From positions 70,530-134,529 of IMG/VR virus record IMGVR_UViG_3300008952_000012: a stretch of DNA of 64,000 nucleotides; one strand, given 5' to 3'. The notes under the pieces were generated by a model, which had not been told where the DNA came from, ran no database searches, and saw only the letters and a list, made by a program, of their open reading frames with translations. The stretch comes from a virus. Positions within the stretch are counted from its first letter, which is position 1. The number at the start of each line of letters is the position of its first letter. Shown here one piece after another: positions 9,332-18,560 of the stretch. The position numbers were made by a program, and so were the translations under genes.

Positions 9332-10337
9332 TGACCAGCTTCGGGGAAGACTCTAAGACCTTAACTACACCCTCGATGCCGCCCTCAATTTTATCCTCGT
9401 AATCAAGGATGTAGTAAAAGCGCCCCTTGTTGAACACGACGTTGTGGGCCTTGGCGCTGTTAGCTAGGTCTATAATCATGTCTACGCCCTCATTAAACAT
9501 GAATACGTATTCACCCTCAGCGCCCTCAGAGATGCCGTGCTTACCCTTACTAATCTTCCACTTGACTTCCTTGCCGACCTTTTTGCCACTCTTTTTAATA
9601 AACGCACCTGAGCGTAGATGAATATCTACCGCTTTGGCGTGCTTTAAAGCGTAACCACCGGGCTGGGTGAATGGGTTGTACTTAGCGGAGTGCGCATTCA
9701 TGTTTGCTCTGACCGGGTTGATCATCACAACGCATGTCTTGTTTGGACCCTCCTCGCCGGGGACACGCATGGCGGAGTAGAACTTCCGACAGAAGTTACT
9801 CAGAAGACTTGCCCACGTAGCGATTTTAGCGTCCTCACCAAGGCCTTTTACGACGTTGTCTCTGGTTTCACCGGAGCCCAATTCGTTGATCACTAGAAGC
9901 TGAAACTTCTGGGACCGCACGATCTCAAGCATAACGTCTAGCATCACCTCTGCGGGCTTCTCGGAATCTTCAGCAGCTAGGTCAACGAACATGAAGTTGC
10001 CTACCCCAGATAGCTGAACACCCGCTAGCTCCATGAATGATGGGTCAGGTTTGTACCCAAAAGACATCCACGCGATGTTGGCGTCGTTTTTGTACTTACG
10101 TTGAACTTCGGCAATTACGAGATTGGACAAGTAGTCCTTACCAACCCCATCAGGACCGAAAAGCTGAACCATTGATCCTGCCGGTAGCCCACCTTTCAGA
10201 GCTATATCAAGTGACAATATCCCAGTTGGGAGTCTAGTATCGAACGGGGTAGCCACCTCAGACATCGGTTGGATGACCGCTGCTCCCCCCATTCTTTTCT
10301 GTACGCTCTTAATTAGTTGGCTAATGTCGTCGGCCAT
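9288..10337 (-). CDS. recA: RecA/UvsX-family protein with degenerate ATPase motifs
   Basis: PTGILSLDIALKGGLPAG, FGPDGVGK, INPVRA, QPGGYALKHA, KGKHG. Confidence 0.8.
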   Translation of the reverse strand: MADDISQLIKSVQKRMGGAAVIQPMSEVATPFDTRLPTGILSLDIALKGGLPAGSMVQLFGPDGVGKDYLSNLVIAEVQRKYKNDANIAWMSFGYKPDPSFMELAGVQLSGVGNFMFVDLAAEDSEKPAEVMLDVMLEIVRSQKFQLLVINELGSGETRDNVVKGLGEDAKIATWASLLSNFCRKFYSAMRVPGEEGPNKTCVVMINPVRANMNAHSAKYNPFTQPGGYALKHAKAVDIHLRSGAFIKKSGKKVGKEVKWKISKGKHGISEGAEGEYVFMFNEGVDMIIDLANSAKAHNVVFNKGRFYYILDYEDKIEGGIEGVVKVLESSPKLVNEVRAAVLERTADG

Positions 10338-10582
10338 TATTCCTCCTCTAGCTCCTTCTTCAATTTCTCAAACTCAGCGTTGAGGGTAGGGCTAATCTCG
10401 TCCAAGTTTTCGTCATAGAGCTTTCGCATGTCATCAAATAGTTTCTTCTTAAAGCCCTTTATCATGCCAGGGGCCTCACCAGAGGCCACCTTCTCCATAG
10501 CGTCGTCTTCTGTTTCACACAGCTTCATCTTTATGAGCGTGGCTATCACTTGGGACGAATCCCCATATTTAGTCATTGACAT
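10337..10582 (-). CDS. Hypothetical protein
   Basis: Overlapping start/stop tiling with neighbours. Confidence 0.55.
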   Translation of the reverse strand: MSMTKYGDSSQVIATLIKMKLCETEDDAMEKVASGEAPGMIKGFKKKLFDDMRKLYDENLDEISPTLNAEFEKLKKELEEE

Positions 10583-11081
10583 TGGTCACCCCTTTATTAG
10601 CAAGTCTTCCCAAAGTAACCTCACGCTCTGACACAATCGCCAGTGCATGGTCTTTTCCGATAACCCCAAGGTTTACCGTCAGGTATGCTCCGTTGGATAA
10701 CTCAATAATCGCTGAATCATCTCCGGAGCACAAGAATACGTTTGAGATAGCATCCCCCTCCTGCAAGCATGTGTTTACCGCGCCGACAATTTCTCGTAGG
10801 GATTCGCGCTTAACATCGAAAATATTTCCGAGTTCCTCATTCATAACTATCTCCTTTTGACTTCTCGTCTTTTGTTTAATCTCCCACTCAGCGGCGGAAG
10901 CCTTTGATCTATTAGGGTACCCTCTTGAGTAGAGCAACCTAACAGGTCTTCTAGATCTTGTATATCTTGCTCCACGCTTGGAGTTATTATGCTCCCAGAT
11001 GCGCCTACCTACGTCGGTTGTTACACCAGCGTAGATAGACCCATCTGAGCACGAAGCTAAATATACAAACCAAATTCCCAC
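10569..11081 (-). CDS. GIY-YIG nuclease (YazA-like), in frame with a second domain that has its own RBS
   Basis: FVYLASCSDGSIYAGVTTDVGRRIWEHN..GARYTR.RRPVRLLY; AAGGAG precedes Met80 (ATG at 10844). Confidence 0.8.
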   Translation of the reverse strand: MGIWFVYLASCSDGSIYAGVTTDVGRRIWEHNNSKRGARYTRSRRPVRLLYSRGYPNRSKASAAEWEIKQKTRSQKEIVMNEELGNIFDVKRESLREIVGAVNTCLQEGDAISNVFLCSGDDSAIIELSNGAYLTVNLGVIGKDHALAIVSEREVTLGRLANKGVTNVND

Positions 11082-11083
11082 TA

Positions 11084-11419
11084 TTACTCCGGGAGAAGCG
11101 AAAGCTGCCTTGGGGGTGGTGGGATAAGCTCCCAGACCGTAGCCCCTCTACCGCTTCGCGTAGGCCTTCGATTGCCGCTGTCTCGTATGTGTCCGGACAG
11201 AACTAGCTCCCGTCTCCGAGCGCTTGCCGTCTGGTGGCGCATATCAAGAGCCGCCTCTACCTCATCATCCGTAGCGCCCCGAGTACCAGCCTCCTTAATA
11301 AAGGCCAGAACTTTGAACCGGAGCGTAGAAGACGATGTCTCTATAGAATCGGCTGCTGCCTCGCTTGTATCTGAACCTCTTACATATGGGGGTCTGCCCC
11401 CGTAAAGGTCATTACTCAT
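11084..11419 (-). CDS. Winged-helix DNA-binding protein
   Basis: GATDDEVEAALDMRHQTASARRRELVLSGHIRDSG.RR.TRSGR.A.VW. Confidence 0.65.
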   Translation of the reverse strand: MSNDLYGGRPPYVRGSDTSEAAADSIETSSSTLRFKVLAFIKEAGTRGATDDEVEAALDMRHQTASARRRELVLSGHIRDSGNRRPTRSGRGATVWELIPPPPRQLSLLPE

Positions 11420-11646
11420 TCTCCCTCCTCATCTAGTTGTTCCCCCGTTTGTATTTCAAAATGCTTTATTTCTCCAGTGGAGAGGCACTCCACGGAGGCT
11501 ACAGTTTCTTCATCTCTAATTCTGCTTAATGAGTTGCTAAGGGCTTCTCTGAAGCCATCGGCCTTAAGCTCTTCTTCGATTATTACACGGTAATGAAGCT
11601 CCATCATACATTCTCCTCGTAGTAGTGGAGTGCAGTTGGGGCCCAC
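11416..11646 (-). CDS. Hypothetical protein; true start probably the internal ATG near 11606
   Basis: Tiling; GAGGAG upstream of MMELHY. Confidence 0.45.
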   Translation of the reverse strand: MGPNCTPLLRGECMMELHYRVIIEEELKADGFREALSNSLSRIRDEETVASVECLSTGEIKHFEIQTGEQLDEEGE

Positions 11647-11867
11647 AGCGTGATGCCATCATCCAACTCCCTGTAGGTGGGGTCTTCGTGCTTTACCGCT
11701 ACGGTTTTTCTAGTCGTTACTTCGCCATCAATGGTCGTCTGGAAATCCTTAAACCCCACCACGACCCCAAAAAGCCCCGGCGAGTAGGTGCATCCGACTT
11801 TATCACCGATGACAAACTGGGCATTAATAGGGACTCGGACCAGTACGGTGTTCTCTGCTTCCATCAT
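11604..11867 (-). CDS. Hypothetical small beta-barrel-like protein
   Basis: Overlaps the polymerase stop; FVIGDKV..G..GVVVG pattern. Confidence 0.5.
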   Translation of the reverse strand: MMEAENTVLVRVPINAQFVIGDKVGCTYSPGLFGVVVGFKDFQTTIDGEVTTRKTVAVKHEDPTYRELDDGITLWAPTALHYYEENV

Positions 11868-13759
11868 TTACACTCCAGCCAGTTGTCCCCGTACTTGCTG
11901 GTGGTTTCCAGAGGGACATCTAGATCAAAATAGAATGGGTGAGCCATTAGCTCTCCGATCCTGTTGTTTAGATCCATATCATCTGCCCATTCATTGGGCA
12001 CCTCGAAGACAATCTCATCATGAACCTGGATAATCATTCGAGTGCCAGACTTCTCGACAAGTGGGTCTTCCCATATTCGAACCATAGCCATCTTGGTGAT
12101 GTCAGCGGCAGAGCCTTGGATGGGTGAGTTCTTCACCTTTCGTTCTGCCTGCGCAATGTCACCGCCGAGCCTGGACCTGAGTCCTGGCACAAGGCGTCTT
12201 CTCCCTAGAATGGTGGAGCAAAACCCGTGGGACCGCGCCTCAGTGATTGCTGCCTTGAAATACTTAGTGACCTTTGGGAAGGCCGAGAAGTACTGCTTTA
12301 TAAGCATTCTTGCTTCATCAACTGAGCAACTAAGGGTTCCAGCCAGCGCACCAGCGCCCTGTCCGTACATAAGACCGAAATTGATAGCCTTAGCCCCTTT
12401 CCTGTGAGCAAGAAGGCGCTCTTCGTAGTCGGACAGACTCTCACCCCTATCATCCTTCTCTCTTGCATGGATGATGTCTTCATACGGGACCTTGAACATT
12501 TTGGCGGCAGTTGATGAGTGAACGTCAAGACCGCTTTTTATTGATTTAGATAAGGTTGCGTCCCCGGATAGGTGAGCAAGAATTCGCATTTCCAATTGAG
12601 CATAGTCAGCGGCCATAAGCCTGTACCCTTGGCTCGGTAAGTATGCTGATCGGATATATGGGGGTTGGTTTTGTAAATTAGGATCGCTGGAGCTAAGTCG
12701 CCCCGTTCGCGCACCGGTCTGATTGAATGATGCGTGGACTTTCCCATCCACATGTATTTTTTCCAACAGATTTGAGATGTATGTCCCAAGCTTTTTATCG
12801 AGGTCTCTGTACTCCAACAATTTGGTTGCGTACTCACAACCGTCATTGGCCCACTTACCTAGAACAGCTTTATTTAGTTGCGGCTTACCCTTCTCCGTGT
12901 GTGATATAGGCGACCTACTTAGGTCCCCAAAGAAGAAATCTCCCATTTGATCATTACTGTTCAGGTTCACATAGAGCCTGCCAGTAGCCTTTCCGAACCA
13001 CTTCTGTATTCCAAGAAGACGGTCTTCAATCATGGGGGCCTGGGTAAGAAGCTCATCCTTGTTTACCACCACCCCATGCCGCTCCATCTCAAGGAGAATT
13101 CGCGTAAATGGGAGTTCTGTTTTGACATAGTAGTCCCACAGCGTTGGGTACTTCTCATCGCCAATGTCTAACGACAGAAGCTCTTCACGAACCCCGAAGA
13201 ACAACTTGTATGTTGCGTACGCATCGAGAGCCGCATAGTTGGTGACTACATCTTCATTTTCAGGGTCTAACAGAACCTCATGGAGCTTCCTCTTCCGAAG
13301 CATCTTCCCAAAAATAGACTTGAACGGGACCATGTCGATTTCGAGGTAGTGCTTAGATAAGAATTTAAGGTCGTGAGGCAACGTGTCATCAACAAGGGCG
13401 TGCATTACCATCGTGTCGTAGACTCGATAATGGTTGTGCTGTGCATGTCGATATACATCAATCCCAACATTAAGCAGCATCCAACAGTCGAAGTTGGCGT
13501 TGTGCATGATGAGTTTTATTTCGGGATTTTCTAGTAGGTCTTTGAAGTAAGGGATCACTTCGGGCCAGATGGCCCAACGTTCTTCGCCATCGCTAATAGC
13601 TAGGATGATGGCGCGGTCCTTCTGCCTGGACAGGCCGGTTGTTTCTGTATCAACCGCTAATATGGGCTTAGTCTCTAAGCGCTTTACGATATCCAGAGCG
13701 TCATCGGGTTCAGCAACCCGCACGGCTTCCGGGAGAACGGAAAACATTCCCATGCTCAC
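11864..13759 (-). CDS. polA: Family A DNA polymerase with 3'-5' exonuclease and no 5'-3' exonuclease
   Basis: ExoI VDTETTG, ExoII HNANFD, ExoIII YAALDA; motif A ADYAQLEMR, motif B RKGAKAINFGLMYG (Phe at the E. coli 762-equivalent), motif C VHDE. Confidence 0.95.
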   Translation of the reverse strand: MSMGMFSVLPEAVRVAEPDDALDIVKRLETKPILAVDTETTGLSRQKDRAIILAISDGEERWAIWPEVIPYFKDLLENPEIKLIMHNANFDCWMLLNVGIDVYRHAQHNHYRVYDTMVMHALVDDTLPHDLKFLSKHYLEIDMVPFKSIFGKMLRKRKLHEVLLDPENEDVVTNYAALDAYATYKLFFGVREELLSLDIGDEKYPTLWDYYVKTELPFTRILLEMERHGVVVNKDELLTQAPMIEDRLLGIQKWFGKATGRLYVNLNSNDQMGDFFFGDLSRSPISHTEKGKPQLNKAVLGKWANDGCEYATKLLEYRDLDKKLGTYISNLLEKIHVDGKVHASFNQTGARTGRLSSSDPNLQNQPPYIRSAYLPSQGYRLMAADYAQLEMRILAHLSGDATLSKSIKSGLDVHSSTAAKMFKVPYEDIIHAREKDDRGESLSDYEERLLAHRKGAKAINFGLMYGQGAGALAGTLSCSVDEARMLIKQYFSAFPKVTKYFKAAITEARSHGFCSTILGRRRLVPGLRSRLGGDIAQAERKVKNSPIQGSAADITKMAMVRIWEDPLVEKSGTRMIIQVHDEIVFEVPNEWADDMDLNNRIGELMAHPFYFDLDVPLETTSKYGDNWLECK

Positions 13760-13769
13760 CTCCTTGGTG

Positions 13770-13806
13770 AAAAAAGCATAAGACGGGGGAACCGAAGTCC
13801 CCCCGC
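13770..13806 (-). terminator. Intrinsic terminator with cUUCGg loop
   Basis: Minus strand GCGGGGGAC-TTCG-GTTCCCCCGT, then CTTATGCTTTTTT. Confidence 0.65.
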
Positions 13807-13826
13807 CCCTGCCTAGTCTTTAGAGA

Positions 13827-14978
13827 TTAGAACGGGATGCTGTCGTCGTCTTCCTCGTCGTGCCCCGCCTCATAGTGCTTATCTAGGATGGCTTGAGCAG
13901 CCCCATCAAAGGGGTTGTCCCGGCCCATAGACTTTGCTTGGTCATCCAGATCCTGCATGCCCAAGAAGTAATTGAAGTCAAACGGCTCCAGAGACGTTGA
14001 ATCAACATCCTCAAGAGTCTCCGACTTCATTGCGCTCACAATGTGAAAAGACGTACGCCCACCACTGACTTGGTCAGCAGCAATCACAATGTCACACTCT
14101 TCCCAGCCAAGCTGGATTGGGTTGTCGCACCCTGGGGTATAGGTCTTTCGACTCCCATAACCCTTTGGCTTGACGCACTCTACCACAGGGTCTGCCATAC
14201 CTACGTATTCACAGTCTTCACACTCAACCGAAGATGACCGCAAGGCATCCTCGTCCTCCTCGGAGATTCCCTCCTTAGATGTGTGAGAGGCAAGCACCAC
14301 TCCACAGTCCCCACACTTGTACCCAACCGTACTAATTTCCCCTTCGGGGCAGCTAGCACATTTGTTGGACACGTCCCCGAGTTTCTCTAAGAGAAGACGC
14401 TTCTGTGAGGGCCATAGCTCCCACCAAAGCTTTCTTCCGTAGACAATCTCGTAGTCAGCGTGGGCTGAGCTTGGATGGCTGATGCGACCGTTACGGTCTG
14501 GTGCAGGCACTCGCTCAAAAGTATGGTACTCATACCCGTTGCTGCTCGTATGTGGGATCTTGTAAAAATCCTCCATCACGAACACGGTAACCGCACACTT
14601 CTCATCGGCCCAGAAGCTTTCATTCTCATCTTCTGCACAGTAGTAATAGAGAACGCACGGAAGCTCCCGCTCCCCGTTCCAGCTATTACTGATGATCTGC
14701 CGCTTCTGCCCGGAGGGTGTCGTTACCCACTTGGCTTGGTACTTGTAGAAAACGCTCTTGCCGGTTGTTGGAACGATCCGAATACGGGTTTCCATCTCGT
14801 CAGGCTTGAACTTGTTGTCGCGCATCCGAAGCTTCCATGCCGGAGGCCTCTTCTGCTCAAAGTTCCTTTTAGCGCCATTGCTTCCGTAGGACTTATTACC
14901 ACCCTTCTTAGAAAGCATTTTGCTTCGAACTTTGGATTCTTTCTGTTGTTTGTGAAAGTCATCAAAACTAATTGGCAT
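13827..14978 (-). CDS. Single-stranded DNA-binding protein (gp32-like) with Cys-rich insertion
   Basis: RIRIVP strand, acidic aromatic-ending tail DEEDDDSIPF, position between primase and polymerase. Confidence 0.65.
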   Translation of the reverse strand: MPISFDDFHKQQKESKVRSKMLSKKGGNKSYGSNGAKRNFEQKRPPAWKLRMRDNKFKPDEMETRIRIVPTTGKSVFYKYQAKWVTTPSGQKRQIISNSWNGERELPCVLYYYCAEDENESFWADEKCAVTVFVMEDFYKIPHTSSNGYEYHTFERVPAPDRNGRISHPSSAHADYEIVYGRKLWWELWPSQKRLLLEKLGDVSNKCASCPEGEISTVGYKCGDCGVVLASHTSKEGISEEDEDALRSSSVECEDCEYVGMADPVVECVKPKGYGSRKTYTPGCDNPIQLGWEECDIVIAADQVSGGRTSFHIVSAMKSETLEDVDSTSLEPFDFNYFLGMQDLDDQAKSMGRDNPFDGAAQAILDKHYEAGHDEEDDDSIPF

Positions 14979-14996
14979 TTTTTTCTCCTTTTTTGG

Positions 14997-15962
14997 TCAC
15001 GGCCTAAGCGCCGCCTCAACTGCCAGTCTTATCTCTGTCTTTGTTAAATCATCTGGGGATATAGGTTCATCTGACCTATAGTCAGCGACCCGCACCTCAA
15101 TACCGTATAATTGTCTAATAATTTTGTCCGTGGCCTCCCTTCCTGCTTGGTCGTTATCAAGAAAAAGAACGACTCTATTTGAAACCCGCTGAAGAAGGAG
15201 CGCCTGCTCCCTGCTCATATGGGAACCAAGTAGAGCAACAGTATCGGAATATCCGGACTGTACGCACCATAGGCACGCCTTGAAACCCTCGCATACAACA
15301 ACGGGCATGTCAATACATGTATACATCCTGCGCGGGTAGAACTTATCCAATCCGTACAGGATTTTCTTCTTGTTAAGCTCGTAACTACGGTCAATTTCGT
15401 GAAGCTCTGCTCGGTATATTTTGTACCTTGGGTGCTCACCACGAACAGTTCTTCCGGATATTCCGACAAGGTTACCGTTATGGTCCCGCAGGGCAAACGT
15501 TACACGCTTCCTTTTTCTATCAAAACCCACGTCGTAGCTCTTTAGGATTTCCGGGTCATACCCATCATCTACTAAGCTTTTCGGCAGGTATTCAAACATC
15601 CCAAGTATGGCCTCGGGCAGAGTTGGCTGCTCAAGACTCAAGGTGTGTAGGGTTGGTGGCTTAGGCGGGGGGCTGTCCGCCAACTCCTTCTTTATCGCGT
15701 CTATCAGGCTTCGGCCAACGTTCAACTGCCGGAGCAGACTTGTTAGCGTCCAGCCTTCGTTGCACGTATGGCAAAAGGACATCCCAATATGTCTAGAGGA
15801 GCTAGACTTACCAACGTACACGTAGAAGGATGGCTTACTTTCCAGACCAGACTTGTGGAATGGGCAGTAAGCAGGGATGTTATCTCCGGGAGTCTCCGCT
15901 TCTACGAAGCGGATATGCCCAGATAATATTGTGATGATCTCTTCCTTGGATATACCGATCAT
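14997..15962 (-). CDS. dnaG: DnaG-type primase (CHC2 zinc finger plus TOPRIM)
   Basis: CPFH..KPSF..CHTC; VCEG; LFLDNDQAG. Confidence 0.9.
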   Translation of the reverse strand: MIGISKEEIITILSGHIRFVEAETPGDNIPAYCPFHKSGLESKPSFYVYVGKSSSSRHIGMSFCHTCNEGWTLTSLLRQLNVGRSLIDAIKKELADSPPPKPPTLHTLSLEQPTLPEAILGMFEYLPKSLVDDGYDPEILKSYDVGFDRKRKRVTFALRDHNGNLVGISGRTVRGEHPRYKIYRAELHEIDRSYELNKKKILYGLDKFYPRRMYTCIDMPVVVCEGFKACLWCVQSGYSDTVALLGSHMSREQALLLQRVSNRVVLFLDNDQAGREATDKIIRQLYGIEVRVADYRSDEPISPDDLTKTEIRLAVEAALRP

Positions 15963-17386
15963 CCCATTGCCACATCCTCATCAATCTCATCAGGCCCCCT
16001 GTCTCCGCGAGATTGCTCCATTAATGGACTGGCGACAACGGCGGTCACCTCCGGGAGAGAGTTTTCCCCCCCAAAGCCATCACCACCCTCTTCTGGGTCT
16101 TCCATGATGTCGCCTATTGAGTACAGATTGTCGTGGGCGTAACCGAAGTTTTCGGCAGCCAACGCGTGGATCGTGAAACCCTCATCAGTCGTTTCCCTGG
16201 CGGCAGCCAAGTGTATACTGATTTCTTGTTTACGCTTGTGGTAAACCAATCTGATACCAACATCGCAGTCCATCACCGCCCCAGTGTTCATAGCAAGTGA
16301 CGCGGTGCCCCTTGACTTTGAATACTTGTACGCTGACCGCTCGTTCTCCTGCAGGATTGCCAGAATAGGAATACTCGTTGTCTTGGCAATCTGTTTGATC
16401 TGTCTGTTAATGGCAGACAAGACCTTCCAATCAAGAGCGTTTGCGCTGGTGTTCACTCCAGGCAATTCGAGCATGTAGGACGAGTCCAACAGAACAAAGT
16501 GTGGTCGGTAGATATCCATCTTGCGACGAATCTCTGACGGCCCACCTGGAGACCCATCGGCCCTGTCACAGTCTGTGAAAATCAGTTCTCCCGGAAAATC
16601 GGGGGCACATGTTTCTTCAACCGACTGAAGCAGGTGTGTTTGTTCTGCTACAGAAAGAGACGCTGACTTTAGACGCGTGTAGTTGATCCCAGCGTTTATA
16701 GCCGTAATCCTTCTACGCATCTGGGGCCACGTCATCTCCTTACTGTAGATTAGGACGCGCCTTCCAGACGAGAACAGCTTAGCCGCGATGACTAACCCAA
16801 ACCAAGTTTTCATCGACTTGGGCAAGGCCCACACCATGATGAAATCCCCAGGCTGTATCCCCTGAGTCGCGGCGTTTAACCGTGTCCAGGGCCAAGGCAT
16901 TCCTGTTAGCCCTTGCGTGTCACCCGTTCTCCGTAGTTCCTCAATAGTCTCCTCAAGAGCTACTTTGGAAAATACGACGTCTTTTGAGTTGGTCGTCTTT
17001 TCTTGAAGACTCCCCACTGCGTCATAAAGCGTTGTCAGCGCTCCGAACGGGTCTTGCGCCGTTTCTTCTTGCCACGCACCAACCGCTTTTTCGCATTCCC
17101 TTTTGAGGTAACTCCCTTTGATTTTTTCACAGAGGTCTTGGATGTTCTCCAGGGCTCGTGGCAAATCTAAGCTTGGGAATTGCTCTGAAAGCGTTTGTTC
17201 GCTGGGGACGTGCCCGAAATTGTTTGGTCTTCGGTAATGTGCATCTATCGTTGAGAACAGAGACTTAGCCTCCATAGACCCAAGCGTCCTAAAATGCACT
17301 CCCTCCTTTAGGACAGACTCCCACGCTTTCGGCGGATTGTCTGCGCGAATAATACTAGATATTAACTGCAACTCCCAGTTTGCCAT
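15959..17386 (-). CDS. dnaB: DnaB/SF4-like replicative helicase
   Basis: GMPWPWTRLNAATQGIQPGDFIMV, SKEM, LLDSSY, ILQ; adjacent to primase. Confidence 0.8.
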   Translation of the reverse strand: MANWELQLISSIIRADNPPKAWESVLKEGVHFRTLGSMEAKSLFSTIDAHYRRPNNFGHVPSEQTLSEQFPSLDLPRALENIQDLCEKIKGSYLKRECEKAVGAWQEETAQDPFGALTTLYDAVGSLQEKTTNSKDVVFSKVALEETIEELRRTGDTQGLTGMPWPWTRLNAATQGIQPGDFIMVWALPKSMKTWFGLVIAAKLFSSGRRVLIYSKEMTWPQMRRRITAINAGINYTRLKSASLSVAEQTHLLQSVEETCAPDFPGELIFTDCDRADGSPGGPSEIRRKMDIYRPHFVLLDSSYMLELPGVNTSANALDWKVLSAINRQIKQIAKTTSIPILAILQENERSAYKYSKSRGTASLAMNTGAVMDCDVGIRLVYHKRKQEISIHLAAARETTDEGFTIHALAAENFGYAHDNLYSIGDIMEDPEEGGDGFGGENSLPEVTAVVASPLMEQSRGDRGPDEIDEDVAMG

Positions 17387-17395
17387 GCTCCCTCC

Positions 17396-17701
17396 TTAGA
17401 TTTCCCTGGTAACTAGACTTTTTATCTGTTTGTTGATTCTTTCTTCATTGGCCTCTTCGGACTCTGCTACCCGGTTAAGAAAAGAGGATTCAATAGCGTC
17501 AATAAGGCTGTTTGCAGCCTCCTGGACCTCCTCGACAGTGCCAGCATCGTCCACGTCAACACTTCCACATGCCCAATCACCAATCCGGTACCCGACCTTT
17601 GCGGTTACCTTTGATTGGCTGGATGGGCCGTGGATGTATTTTGCGACGTGAACTTCGTAGCACACAATCGTGTCAATCTTCACGTTCTCTAATTTTTTCA
17701 T
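17396..17701 (-). CDS. Hypothetical protein
   Basis: Tiling with overlapping ATGA junction. Confidence 0.55.
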   Translation of the reverse strand: MKKLENVKIDTIVCYEVHVAKYIHGPSSQSKVTAKVGYRIGDWACGSVDVDDAGTVEEVQEAANSLIDAIESSFLNRVAESEEANEERINKQIKSLVTREI

Positions 17702-18117
17702 TCTTCAAACCTGCCTTTGAACAAGCGCTCTTGTATGTCCGATACATGCCCAAGAAGAGCTTTTCCAAGGTGGTCTCGGGAACTCTCCCAAGCTAAGTCG
17801 TATGCCATTTCGTGACCGGTCCTGATTGAGTCCTCATCCTGATCACACCTAAGCGTTACAGAAGAAAACACCTCAACACCGTAGGGGACTTTATCCCACT
17901 GACCATCCCCGTATCTAACTGCGTCAGAGACTTTGGTAGCCACGGATGCGGTCACGGTTGCAGTGTCCCCATCCCCACTCACCAGGGAAGTAACTGGGAC
18001 CTGTTCTTCGATTCTTTCAGCCATGTCTTTCTCCTCAAAGTTAGCGTCTTTCCATGATTTTCTAATGTGGACAGTGCGGGACGCATGAGCGCCCCGCACC
18101 TTGAAGCCTTTGCCCAT
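17698..18117 (-). CDS. Hypothetical protein
   Basis: Tiling in the minus-strand operon. Confidence 0.55.
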   Translation of the reverse strand: MGKGFKVRGAHASRTVHIRKSWKDANFEEKDMAERIEEQVPVTSLVSGDGDTATVTASVATKVSDAVRYGDGQWDKVPYGVEVFSSVTLRCDQDEDSIRTGHEMAYDLAWESSRDHLGKALLGHVSDIQERLFKGRFEE

Positions 18118-18549
18118 CTAGCTCACCTTGATCTTGATCTCCGAGGGACCGTTGACTCTAGGTGTTCCAAGTACCTTTTCACGGAACTTGTTGACCTGAT
18201 CAGCGTTAAACTGTCCAGAGATCAAGCCCTGCTCAATGGCCTTGTTGTTGATTTTTCCGATAACCCCGGGGGTAGTCAAAACCTCCATGGGGAGATCGTG
18301 AGCAGTGTAGTCCCAAGACTCGGGAGCCTTTTGTCGGGTAAAGGAACCAATAGTCAAAGAGTCGTTACCCTCTACGGATTTCAAAGCAGCTTTGGCTTCT
18401 TTGTGTAGAGCGTTGTACCGCTCGGCAAGGTCATAAAGAATATCGAAAGTCTTTTGGTGATCATCGATAAACTCAGCCACTGCGGTTCGCGCTTCTTCAA
18501 AACGGTTGCAGGCTTCCTCAGCCTTCTTTCTTGTACTTCTGTAGCTCAT
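18118..18549 (-). CDS. Hypothetical protein, N-terminal coiled coil (Gam/gp157-like architecture)
   Basis: GGAGG RBS; long helix followed by a beta-rich segment. Confidence 0.55.
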   Translation of the reverse strand: MSYRSTRKKAEEACNRFEEARTAVAEFIDDHQKTFDILYDLAERYNALHKEAKAALKSVEGNDSLTIGSFTRQKAPESWDYTAHDLPMEVLTTPGVIGKINNKAIEQGLISGQFNADQVNKFREKVLGTPRVNGPSEIKIKVS

Positions 18550-18560
18550 TTGTGTCCTCC

